Virus record (IMG/VR): IMGVR_UViG_3300013001_000001
Location: 1-43,280 of that record
Length of the DNA stretch: 43,280 bases
Direction: 5' to 3' (one strand)
Origin: a virus
In this document: piece by piece, positions 33,329 through 40,553 of the stretch
Numbering within the stretch: position 1 is the stretch's first letter
How the letters are laid out: each line of letters begins with the position of its first letter
Made by a program: the position numbers and the translations under genes
The notes under the pieces: generated by a model
Told to the model about the DNA's origin: nothing
Database searches by the model: none
Seen by the model: the letters and a program-made list of their open reading frames with translations, nothing else

Positions 33329-34182
33329 CACAGCCCCCCTTTCGACCAGTCGTCATCGGCGCTGGCCGCGGGCCGCTTGCCCCGGCCAATGGGCACCACC
33401 GCATCGGTGCGGTGATCCTTGAGCACCCAGCGCACCAGGGCGGAGACGTGCTCCTTCTCGGTGAGCAAGGTGCCCCTGGGTTCGTGATGCAGGATGAACC
33501 TGCGGATGCGATCGGGCGTGAAGGCATCGGCCGGGACGCCGGCGAACTTGGCGTAGCTGCGCAGCAGGGTCTTGTCGGGTACCCACTCCAGGGACAGACG
33601 CACCGGGAGATCACCAGACGATTCGTCGGACGGCCCTGGCGAAGCACCCGATCCGGGTCTATCGCACGCGCCCGCGCCCGCAGTGTGTGAGGCTTTTACT
33701 TCTGTATCTGTATCTGGGGCGGTCGGTTGCGTTCGCTTGCGGTCGGATGCGGTCGGTTGCGGTCGCGGGCCATTCGAGGCCTTCCCCGCTTCCCGGGCTT
33801 CCCGTTCGCGCTGGCGTCTATCCCGCGACCTTTCGGGCGAACCGTCCTCTTTAACCGGCTGGCGCTTGGCCCACCCCAGGACCAGGAGCCCATCGAGCAG
33901 ACGCCCCTTCTGCATGGCCGCCAGGATCGCCTCCACCTGCTCGTCCGTAAGGTCCAGAAGGGATGCGCAGTCCTCCACCACGAAACCATGTGCTACCCCG
34001 CGTTCGGGTGCGTTCGGTTGCGGTCGGTTGCGGTCGCCTGCGGTCGAGTTCTTGGAAGCGCAGCACAATAGGTAGATGAAGACCGTCTGGACCTGGCAGA
34101 TAGAGCACCCGGAGTCACGCGCCACCGTGCGGAATTTGGGGTCGGACGGAAACTCATGCCAGAGACGAAACCAGTGGGACAT
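33328..34182 (-). CDS. Replication initiator (lambda-O-position) protein, 284 aa, containing iterons
   Basis: Lies directly upstream of the P-like gene. Two internal clusters of 10-bp repeats sit in a low-complexity linker. Confidence 0.65.
   Translation of the reverse strand: MSHWFRLWHEFPSDPKFRTVARDSGCSICQVQTVFIYLLCCASKNSTAGDRNRPQPNAPERGVAHGFVVEDCASLLDLTDEQVEAILAAMQKGRLLDGLLVLGWAKRQPVKEDGSPERSRDRRQREREAREAGKASNGPRPQPTASDRKRTQPTAPDTDTEVKASHTAGAGACDRPGSGASPGPSDESSGDLPVRLSLEWVPDKTLLRSYAKFAGVPADAFTPDRIRRFILHHEPRGTLLTEKEHVSALVRWVLKDHRTDAVVPIGRGKRPAASADDDWSKGGL
33719..33768. repeat. Iteron cluster 1: five 10-bp units (GCGGTCGGTT-like), candidate origin
   Basis: GC GGTCGGTT / GC GTTCGCTT / GC GGTCGGAT / GC GGTCGGTT / GC GGTCGCGG. 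Preceded by the AT-richer tract CTTTTACTTCTGTATCTGTATCTGG. Confidence 0.65.
34000..34049. repeat. Iteron cluster 2: five 10-bp units in the same orientation
   Basis: GCGTTCGGGT / GCGTTCGGTT / GCGGTCGGTT / GCGGTCGCCT / GCGGTCGAGT. Confidence 0.65.
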
Positions 34183-34187
34183 GGGGA

Positions 34188-34364
34188 CTACCTCGCAGCA
34201 GGACGCCGCGCACAGCAGATGGACAGGACCAGGCCGACCGACCAGGCGCAGCGAGGCGCCAGATGCAGAGGCACCCGGATGGCGAACAAGTGAGAGATGC
34301 AGAGCAATAGCGGCAGGAAGCCCACATGCAGCCAGACGGCTGGGTTAGCGTGCTCTGGTAGCAT
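34188..34364 (-). CDS. Possible small hydrophobic protein, 58 aa, between the cro-like and O-like genes
   Basis: MLPEHANPAVWLHVGFLPLLLCISHLFAIRVPLHLAPRCAWSVGLVLSICCARRPAAR. Ends 5 nt before the O-like ATG. Below the ORF-track threshold. Confidence 0.35.
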   Translation of the reverse strand: MLPEHANPAVWLHVGFLPLLLCISHLFAIRVPLHLAPRCAWSVGLVLSICCARRPAAR

Positions 34365-34405
34365 TGTGCCGGCCCTGCTGCTAGGCCCCGCGCGCCAGAG
34401 GCGGC

Positions 34406-34732
34406 TTACGCCACCGACTGGCCAGGTGGGTCCGACGCACCGGGACCGGCAACCATGCCAGCAGCAGCCGCGGTCGCGGCGCCGAGGGTGCGATGGAAGT
34501 TCGAGACAGCCAGCAGCAGATCCTGCGCAGCTTGCATGAGGTCGGGATGGTCGAGGTGAATAGCGGCAGGCCCTTCGGCCCGGAGCTTTCCCGCGGTCAG
34601 CTTCTCGAGCTGGTGCTGGCGCAATTCAGGAATCGTCTCGCCCCAAGCGAAGACAGCCGCCTTGCTGATACTCAAGGCGCTGGCCAGCGCAGAGACCGAT
34701 CCGAAATGTTCAATTGCCTGAGAGCGCGTCAC
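34406..34732 (-). CDS. Cro/YdaS-family HTH regulator, 108 aa (GTG start)
   Basis: AIEHFGSVSALASALSISKAAVFAWGETIP is the Cro/YdaS signature. RBS AGGGGA. Divergent from the cI-like gene. Confidence 0.8.
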   Translation of the reverse strand: MTRSQAIEHFGSVSALASALSISKAAVFAWGETIPELRQHQLEKLTAGKLRAEGPAAIHLDHPDLMQAAQDLLLAVSNFHRTLGAATAAAAGMVAGPGASDPPGQSVA

Positions 34733-34826
34733 TTTGACTTCCCCTGATAAAAATCCAGTTCAGTCAAGCACGCTAGATTATGACGGTCAACCGATCTTAA
34801 TCGACGGTTTAGTAGATTCGTCCACT
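34733..34826. promoter_or_regulatory. Divergent immunity switch region (OR/PR/PRM analogue)
   Basis: 94-bp AT-richer spacer between the divergent cro-like and cI-like genes. Minus-strand TCGATT-N16-CATAAT. Repeated GACGGT and TTGACT/AGTCAA elements. Confidence 0.55.
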
Positions 34827-35537
34827 ATGAAAATCACCGACCGGATTCAGCTGTTACTGGTAAATCGGGGCATTAGGCCCAGGGATGTCAAACCGAATCT
34901 TGCAAGAGTTTGTGGAATCAGCAAGCAGGCAGTTTGGCAATGGTTTTCTGGCGACACGGAGAATATCCGAAGTGAATACATAGTTGCCATTGCGAAAGAG
35001 TGGGGAACGACGACTGACTGGCTGCTCACCGGGTACGGGGCCAGAGGCCCAGGCGTACCTGCCGAAAAGCGCACCACCTCGGTCCCGCCCAACCTGGGGC
35101 ACCAGTTCACCACCATCGAGCTCTTCGACTCAGCCGAAGCCATCAGCCCCGACGCGAGCCTGGCCCCCGACTTCGCCGAAACCGTGCAGTCGATGACCGT
35201 AAGCCCGAAGTGGCTGGGCGGCCTGGGCATCACGTTTACAAACAGTGACAACCTCGCGGTTGTGCTCAAGCCGGCCGAGTCACCCAGCGATCACCTCGAC
35301 GGCGCCGACCTCCTCCTGGTCGACCGCGGCGTCAAGGAATGGAAGGTGGACGGGGCCTACATCATCACCCTGGAGGGCCACACCTTCGTGCGCCGCCTGC
35401 AGCGGCTGCCCGGCCAGGTGCTGCTGGTCATTCCCGACGATCCGGCATACCAGGCCTATCCACTTGATACCCAGGCGCAAAAGTCTTTAGCAATACATGC
35501 CAAAGTATTAATAAGTTGGAAGTCCAATAAACACTAA
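34827..35537 (+). CDS. cI-like repressor: N-terminal HTH and C-terminal S24 (LexA/CI-type) domain, 236 aa
   Basis: HTH LARVCGISKQAVWQWFSG. C-terminus TFVRRLQRLPGQVLLVIPDDPAYQAYPL aligns with lambda CI [24 protein letters not shown]. Visibly lower GC than the rest of the genome. Confidence 0.8.
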   Translation: MKITDRIQLLLVNRGIRPRDVKPNLARVCGISKQAVWQWFSGDTENIRSEYIVAIAKEWGTTTDWLLTGYGARGPGVPAEKRTTSVPPNLGHQFTTIELFDSAEAISPDASLAPDFAETVQSMTVSPKWLGGLGITFTNSDNLAVVLKPAESPSDHLDGADLLLVDRGVKEWKVDGAYIITLEGHTFVRRLQRLPGQVLLVIPDDPAYQAYPLDTQAQKSLAIHAKVLISWKSNKH

Positions 35538-35560
35538 AAGAATGCATCTGGAATCAATTA

Positions 35561-35585
35561 AACCGGGCAATTGCCCGGTTTTTTA
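35561..35585 (+). terminator. Rho-independent terminator after the cI-like gene
   Basis: AACCGGGCAATTGCCCGGTT followed by TTTT. Confidence 0.85.
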
Positions 35586-35755
35586 TTGGACAAAAAATGG
35601 CACTTAGCCAGTAGCGCGCTTGACCAGGTAGACCTTAAAGGGCTGCTTATGAGATCAAATTGATTGCATAGCAGTTAAGGCAAGTTGACTATTTACAAAG
35701 CGTTGCTTGTCCGCTAAACATCCCCTGCCGACATCAAACCAGGCATCCAGGGGCG
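35586..35755 (+). promoter_or_regulatory. Early-left promoter/operator region (PL/OL analogue)
   Basis: AT-richer 170 bp with TTGACC (35620) and TTGACT (35685) hexamers and the palindrome ATCAAATTGAT (35653..35663). Exact promoter not resolved. Confidence 0.4.
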
Positions 35756-36124
35756 ATGAGCAACTTCCTCGAGTCAACCAAAGGTCAAGCATGGCTCCAG
35801 CAGAGCATCGAGCAGCTAATGCGCGGCGAGCCCGTCACGATCCAAGCCGGCCGGCGCCGGAAGGGGATCGAGCTGTGCCAGTTCTGGCTGGAGGTCGACG
35901 TGGCCTTTAGCGAAGTGCCCGACGAAGGCTACCAACTCACCCAGGCCCGCATTCGGGGCCGCCTCCCCAAGCACCTGATCCGCCAGGACCAGGAGATTGC
36001 CCGCGAAACCGCCCGCCGCCTCCTTGAGGAACTTGCCCCTGCAGCTGAACAGCAGGAGCAGATCGAGGACGACGTCGATGCAGCCCAAGCCGCCTGGGAC
36101 CAGCACCAGGCCCGCCGACACTAG
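35756..36124 (+). CDS. Hypothetical 122-aa protein, first early-left gene
   Basis: High-GC3 ORF directly upstream of the recombination genes, with an acidic C-terminus. Confidence 0.65.
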   Translation: MSNFLESTKGQAWLQQSIEQLMRGEPVTIQAGRRRKGIELCQFWLEVDVAFSEVPDEGYQLTQARIRGRLPKHLIRQDQEIARETARRLLEELAPAAEQQEQIEDDVDAAQAAWDQHQARRH

Positions 36125-36133
36125 GTACCCCGC

Positions 36134-37042
36134 ATGACCGACAACACTCCCGCCCTGCAGGAACTGCAGAGCCTGCCGCAGCACCAGACCGACACCAGCG
36201 CCCTGGTCCTCGACGGCAACAGCCTCGATCGCATGATGGGCCTGGCGCAGATCATGTCCGGCGGCGTCTCCACCATTCCCAAGCACCTGCAGGGCAACCA
36301 GGCCGACTGCCTGGCGGTGATCATGCAGAGCATGCAGTGGCGGATGAACCCCTTCGCCGTGGCGCAGAAGACGCACTTGGTGAACGGCACGCTGGGGTAC
36401 GAAGCCCAGCTGGTGAACGCGGTCATCACCTCGCTGGCCCCGACCGAGGGCCGCCTGGCCTTCGAGTGGTACGGGCCTTGGGAGAAGGTGATCGGCAAGT
36501 TCACGATCAAAAAGAACGACAAGGGCGAGTACCGCGTCCCGGGCTGGGCGCTGGCCGATGAGGATGGCTGCGGCGTGCGGGTATGGGCCACCCTCAAGGG
36601 CGAGAGCGAACCCCGCGTCCTGGAGCTGCTGCTGGCCCAGGCCCGCACCCGCAACAGCACCCTGTGGGCGGACGACCCCAAGCAACAGCTGGCCTACCTC
36701 GCAATCAAGCGCTGGTCCCGCCTCTACACCCCCGACGTGATCCTGGGCGTCTACACCCCCGACGAACTGGACCAGCCCCAGCCCCGCGAGAAAGACATCA
36801 CCCCACCCAAGTCGCGGCCCAAGCGCGGCGCCGACGTGGCCGCAGCAGCCGCCCAAGAGCACCAGGGCGAGACCGATCCGACCGAGGCGATCGCAGAGCT
36901 TGAGCGCGTCGCCCAGGAGGGCGGTGAGGAACCGTTCAAGGCGGCCTGGCTCGCCCTGGGCGAGGACACGAAAGCGGCCGTGGGCATCAAGGAACGCGAC
37001 CGGATCCACGACCTCGCCCGCGAAGCGGGGTATCGCAAGTGA
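36134..37042 (+). CDS. recT: RecT/Redbeta-family single-strand annealing protein, 302 aa
   Basis: CLAVIMQSMQWRMNPFAVAQKTHLVNGTLGYEAQLVNAV and WADDPKQQLAYLAIKRWSRLYTPDV are RecT-type motifs. Followed by a YqaJ exonuclease. Confidence 0.8.
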   Translation: MTDNTPALQELQSLPQHQTDTSALVLDGNSLDRMMGLAQIMSGGVSTIPKHLQGNQADCLAVIMQSMQWRMNPFAVAQKTHLVNGTLGYEAQLVNAVITSLAPTEGRLAFEWYGPWEKVIGKFTIKKNDKGEYRVPGWALADEDGCGVRVWATLKGESEPRVLELLLAQARTRNSTLWADDPKQQLAYLAIKRWSRLYTPDVILGVYTPDELDQPQPREKDITPPKSRPKRGADVAAAAAQEHQGETDPTEAIAELERVAQEGGEEPFKAAWLALGEDTKAAVGIKERDRIHDLAREAGYRK

Positions 37043-37707
37043 CAGAGCTGGGCGTCGACCTTTCGCAGAGATCCGAAGGCTGGCGCCAGCAGCGGGCCGG
37101 CAAGATCACCGCCAGCCGATTCATCGACGTCATGGCCGTGGGCAAAAAGGGCCAGCCTCTCCAGGGCCGCCAGACCTACATGATGGAGCTGGCCACCGAG
37201 CGCCTCGCCGGCGAGCCCCGCCCCGAGACCTACAGCCGCAGCATGGAGTGGGGCAAGGAGGTCGAGCCTTTCGCCTTCGAGGCCTACCAGCTCAAGACGG
37301 GCCTCTTCGTCACCGCCGCGGAATTCATCCGGCACCCCAAGTACCGCTTCATCGGCGCCAGCCCGGACGGGCTCATCGGCGACGACGGCGGGCTGGAGAT
37401 GAAATGCCCGTTCAACCCGGCCGTCCACGCGCAGACCCTGCTCGAAGGGATGCCAGAGGAACACACCGCCCAGGTCCAGGGCTGCATGTTCGTGACCGGC
37501 CGCGACTGGTGGGACTTCGTGAGTTACGACCCGCGCCAGGCCCCCGAGTACCGCCTCCACGTCCAGCGGATCCCCCGCGACGACAGCTACATCGACCGCC
37601 TGGCCTTCGAGCTGGGCAAGTTCGAGGCGGAGCTGCGCGACCTGGTCAAGCAGATCCGCGCCCGCCACCGCGCAAGGCATAAAAAGTATGCACAAAAGAG
37701 ACACTGA
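37039..37707 (+). CDS. YqaJ-like (lambda-Exo-fold) recombination exonuclease, 222 aa
   Basis: GKITASRFIDVMA, IGASPDGLIGDDGGLEMKCP and HTAQVQGCMFVTG match the YqaJ PD-(D/E)XK pattern. Confidence 0.85.
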   Translation: MTELGVDLSQRSEGWRQQRAGKITASRFIDVMAVGKKGQPLQGRQTYMMELATERLAGEPRPETYSRSMEWGKEVEPFAFEAYQLKTGLFVTAAEFIRHPKYRFIGASPDGLIGDDGGLEMKCPFNPAVHAQTLLEGMPEEHTAQVQGCMFVTGRDWWDFVSYDPRQAPEYRLHVQRIPRDDSYIDRLAFELGKFEAELRDLVKQIRARHRARHKKYAQKRH

Positions 37708-37726
37708 GTATCTACAAAGGATTGCC

Positions 37727-38092
37727 ATGGAATACCGCGAGGAAATACTCGACATCTTCAGCAGCCTCATCGAGGCGGGCATACAACTGGCACCCCCGGT
37801 ATATCCAGAGGATGCCCAATTGACACCCGACGAACGCCTGGTCGCCGAGATCCGCGAGCTGGGCATGGGTACCTACTTCGACGTTCGCATGCTCGAGGAC
37901 GGGACCATCATCGGCATCGGGCGCCTGCTCTTCACCACCGCCATCTACATGGATATGGACCGCTGCGGCTTCGGCGCCCGGTACTGCTTCGAGGACCAGG
38001 CCCTGGCCCTCACCGAGTACGCCAAGCTCAAGAGCGGCGACGACCAGCCCACCGGGTGGGTCGCCACCCGCCAGCCCCGGAGGTTCGCATGA
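37727..38092 (+). CDS. Hypothetical 121-aa protein (alternative start ATG 37688)
   Basis: ATG 37727 has RBS AAAGGA and avoids overlap with the exonuclease gene. Confidence 0.6.
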   Translation: MEYREEILDIFSSLIEAGIQLAPPVYPEDAQLTPDERLVAEIRELGMGTYFDVRMLEDGTIIGIGRLLFTTAIYMDMDRCGFGARYCFEDQALALTEYAKLKSGDDQPTGWVATRQPRRFA

Positions 38093-38316
38093 GCCGGGAC
38101 CTGCTGATGTACACCATCTACCAGGGCGTAACAGACCGCCCCGGCCCCTTCGTTGTGCGCCAGTGGCTGGTGACGAACTGCCCGGTACCGCTGGCCACCG
38201 GCATCGTCTTCGACGCCCCCGACCTCGAAGCCGCCCGCAAGCACATCCCCCTCGGCCTGGCGCGACTGCCACCCGATCAATGCGACGACCCCACCATCGT
38301 TGAAACCTGGTTCTAA
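38089..38316 (+). CDS. Hypothetical 75-aa protein
   Basis: RBS GGAGG. ATGA coupling. MSRDLLMYTIYQGVTDRPGPFVVRQW is a small conserved phage-protein type. Confidence 0.6.
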   Translation: MSRDLLMYTIYQGVTDRPGPFVVRQWLVTNCPVPLATGIVFDAPDLEAARKHIPLGLARLPPDQCDDPTIVETWF

Positions 38317-38332
38317 CCCCGGAGAAACCACC

Positions 38333-38776
38333 ATGGGCTTACTCAGCAACCTGCTCGGAAAGAACGGCAGCCAGGCGCGTCAGGCGCTGGGCAACCTGGA
38401 AAACAAGGACCTCATGCAGGCCATCGTCTACGGCTGCTACTACGTTGCTGCAGCGGACGGCGAGCTGGAGCCGGCCGAGGTCGAGAAGGTCGACCGCCTC
38501 CTGCAGAACAACCCGAAGCTGCAGGGCTTCGGCGCCGAGCTGCACTCCTGCGTCGAGAAGGCCCGCGCCGACTTCGAGCAGGGCGGCGCCCGCGTCATCC
38601 GCATGAACGCGCTGCGTGAGCTGGCCGACGTCAAGCACAGCCAGGACCAGGCCGAGACCGTCCTGGTGATGATGCTGACCACCGCCGAGGCCGATGGCGA
38701 GATCGAGCCCGCCGAGATGGAAGCCCTGGAGCGCGCCGCGCAGACCCTGGGCCTGAGCCTGAAACAGTACCTGTGA
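38333..38776 (+). CDS. TerB-family (tellurite-resistance TerB-like) protein, 147 aa
   Basis: NKDLMQAIVYGCYYVAAADGELEPAEVEKV and TTAEADGEIEPAEMEALERAAQTLGL form the two ADGxxxxxE repeats of TerB. RBS GGAGAA. Confidence 0.75.
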   Translation: MGLLSNLLGKNGSQARQALGNLENKDLMQAIVYGCYYVAAADGELEPAEVEKVDRLLQNNPKLQGFGAELHSCVEKARADFEQGGARVIRMNALRELADVKHSQDQAETVLVMMLTTAEADGEIEPAEMEALERAAQTLGLSLKQYL

Positions 38777-38946
38777 AGGCGCTCATCGACCGCTTTCGCC
38801 TGGCGGCTGTCCTGGTTGCCGCCTTCGCCGTGGTGCTTGTCGACAGCGTCAGCCGAGTGCTGTCGATGTGCGCCGACCTGGTTTTTATCGCCATCGTTCT
38901 GGCCCTCGTTTGGGGGCCACTGACTCGCAAGGACCGCAAGCCATGA
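38773..38946 (+). CDS. Possible small two-TM membrane protein, 57 aa (GTG start)
   Basis: MKALIDRFRLAAVLVAAFAVVLVDSVSRVLSMCADLVFIAIVLALVWGPLTRKDRKP. GTGA coupling to terB and ATGA coupling to the next gene. Below the ORF-track threshold. Confidence 0.5.
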   Translation: MKALIDRFRLAAVLVAAFAVVLVDSVSRVLSMCADLVFIAIVLALVWGPLTRKDRKP

Positions 38947-39266
38947 AACGCAAACCGAAGAACAAGCCCTGCCGCATCGTCGAGATCCGCCAGCACCGCG
39001 ACACCCTGGAAGAGAGCCTCGCCACCAGCACCACCATCGAGGCGAGCATCCAGAGCCTGTGCAAGTACATCAACTGGACGTTCAACGAAGCCGGCGTCTT
39101 CATGGCGCCAGTCACCCCCGACCGGATCCACATCATCCCGAAGGGATACGACATCCGCTGCGGGTGGGACGCCGAGCTGATCAAGATCGACGGCATAGGC
39201 CTGTGGGGCGTGGCCAACGGATACATCCCCACCGAGGCCGAACTCATGGAGCACTTCCTCGCATGA
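38943..39266 (+). CDS. Hypothetical 107-aa protein
   Basis: Translationally coupled ORF (MKRKPKNKPCRIVEIRQHRD...). Confidence 0.6.
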   Translation: MKRKPKNKPCRIVEIRQHRDTLEESLATSTTIEASIQSLCKYINWTFNEAGVFMAPVTPDRIHIIPKGYDIRCGWDAELIKIDGIGLWGVANGYIPTEAELMEHFLA

Positions 39267-39958
39267 CGAAAGACGAACTAGCCGCCCGCCTTAACGGCAG
39301 GGACCGCCCCCTGCGAATTCCCCCGGACCTGCTCATGCAGGCGCGCCGCGACCGCCTGGTGATCGCCTACGGCGAGAGCGACGACCTGCTCGAATTCGAG
39401 GGCGCGATCACCGATGAGATCGGCTGCTACGGCGGCGGGTACGCCCTGCTGGACGACCGCGGCCTGCTGCCCAGCCGCGACTCCATCGACGACGACGACG
39501 ATGACGCCCTGCGCGACTACCTGGTGCGCAAGCCCGACTGCTGGAAGGTGACCGCCCAGTGGTGCGAGACCGGCCCGGCCTGGCAGCTGAGCACGGACAT
39601 CCCGAACGCCACCTTCATCATCAACGATCCCGATGAGGACGAACCCTTCTGCAGGGGCCTGGTTTTCTGCCTAGACGACCTGGACACCCTCTCCCTGCCC
39701 TTCGCCGATGGCAAGCGCCGGCCAGAGACCAGCAGCAGCACCAGCCACCGGGCCGACGATAGCGCCCAGGAGTACCTGTTCAACCCGTTGCACCCAGCGA
39801 GCCCGATCTACCAGGGCAACCTGCAGGACGACGACACGCCGCGGCGATCGCACGACCCGAGCCCGAGCGAGGACAGGTCCAGCAGTCATGACTCGGGCGG
39901 CTCCAGCAGCAGCGACACGACGTCCAGCGACAGCGGATCCAGCGGAGGCACCGACTGA
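39263..39958 (+). CDS. Hypothetical strongly acidic 231-aa protein with a Ser/Asp-rich disordered tail
   Basis: D/E-rich throughout (DSIDDDDDDALRDY, INDPDEDEP). C-terminus SSSHDSGGSSSSDTTSSDSGSSGGTD. Confidence 0.65.
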   Translation: MTKDELAARLNGRDRPLRIPPDLLMQARRDRLVIAYGESDDLLEFEGAITDEIGCYGGGYALLDDRGLLPSRDSIDDDDDDALRDYLVRKPDCWKVTAQWCETGPAWQLSTDIPNATFIINDPDEDEPFCRGLVFCLDDLDTLSLPFADGKRRPETSSSTSHRADDSAQEYLFNPLHPASPIYQGNLQDDDTPRRSHDPSPSEDRSSSHDSGGSSSSDTTSSDSGSSGGTD

Positions 39959-40212
39959 TGCTGAGCCCCGACACCCGCGAGCGCCTGATCGACCAGCTGA
40001 ACCGGAGCTACCTGGCGATGCCGATGTGGGCCAGGACCGCCCTCAAGCACGCCCTGGGCGCGCCCACGAACAATCCCACCACCGGCCGGCCCTTCGAGAC
40101 CTTCCGCGAAGTGCTCGAGCAATCGCACGACGACACGCTCGAGCAGATCCGCCAGGACTTCGAGGACAACGGCGACCTGCTCCCGGAGGCCGCCGATGTT
40201 CCACGTTCCTGA
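39958..40212 (+). CDS. Hypothetical 84-aa protein
   Basis: TGATG-coupled ORF. Confidence 0.55.
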   Translation: MLSPDTRERLIDQLNRSYLAMPMWARTALKHALGAPTNNPTTGRPFETFREVLEQSHDDTLEQIRQDFEDNGDLLPEAADVPRS

Positions 40213-40552
40213 GCGCCACCGCGTGACCACCGGCGTGCTGCGATCGACGCCGGACTACGGCAACAACGGTTGCTTCAGGCTGACGCTGCGGGTCGGGGGC
40301 AAGCCCAAGCTGGTCCAGGTCATCGCCAGCGACGACGACGGCTGGGAGCACGTCAGCGTGGTTTGGTCGGGCGGCATGCCCAGCTGGGAGATGATGTGCG
40401 CGGTCAAGGAGCTGTTTTGGGATCCAGAGGACTGCGTGGTCCAGTTCCACCCGCCGCGCAGCGAGCACGTCAACGTCCACCCCACCTGCCTGCACCTCTG
40501 GCGCCCGACCACGGCGCCCATCGAATGCCCGCCGAAGTGGATGATCGGCTGA
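40196..40552 (+). CDS. Conserved phage protein, 118 aa
   Basis: WEHVSVVWSGGMPSWEMMCAVKELFWDPEDCVVQFHPP...HLW is a motif seen in many phage early regions. Function unknown. Confidence 0.6.
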   Translation: MFHVPERHRVTTGVLRSTPDYGNNGCFRLTLRVGGKPKLVQVIASDDDGWEHVSVVWSGGMPSWEMMCAVKELFWDPEDCVVQFHPPRSEHVNVHPTCLHLWRPTTAPIECPPKWMIG

Positions 40553-40553
40553 C

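Noticed and set aside
33719-34049. 10-bp repeat clusters, and other tandem repeats at 13860..14292, considered as a CRISPR array
   Set aside because: The units abut without spacers and lie inside ORFs. No cas genes or leader are present.
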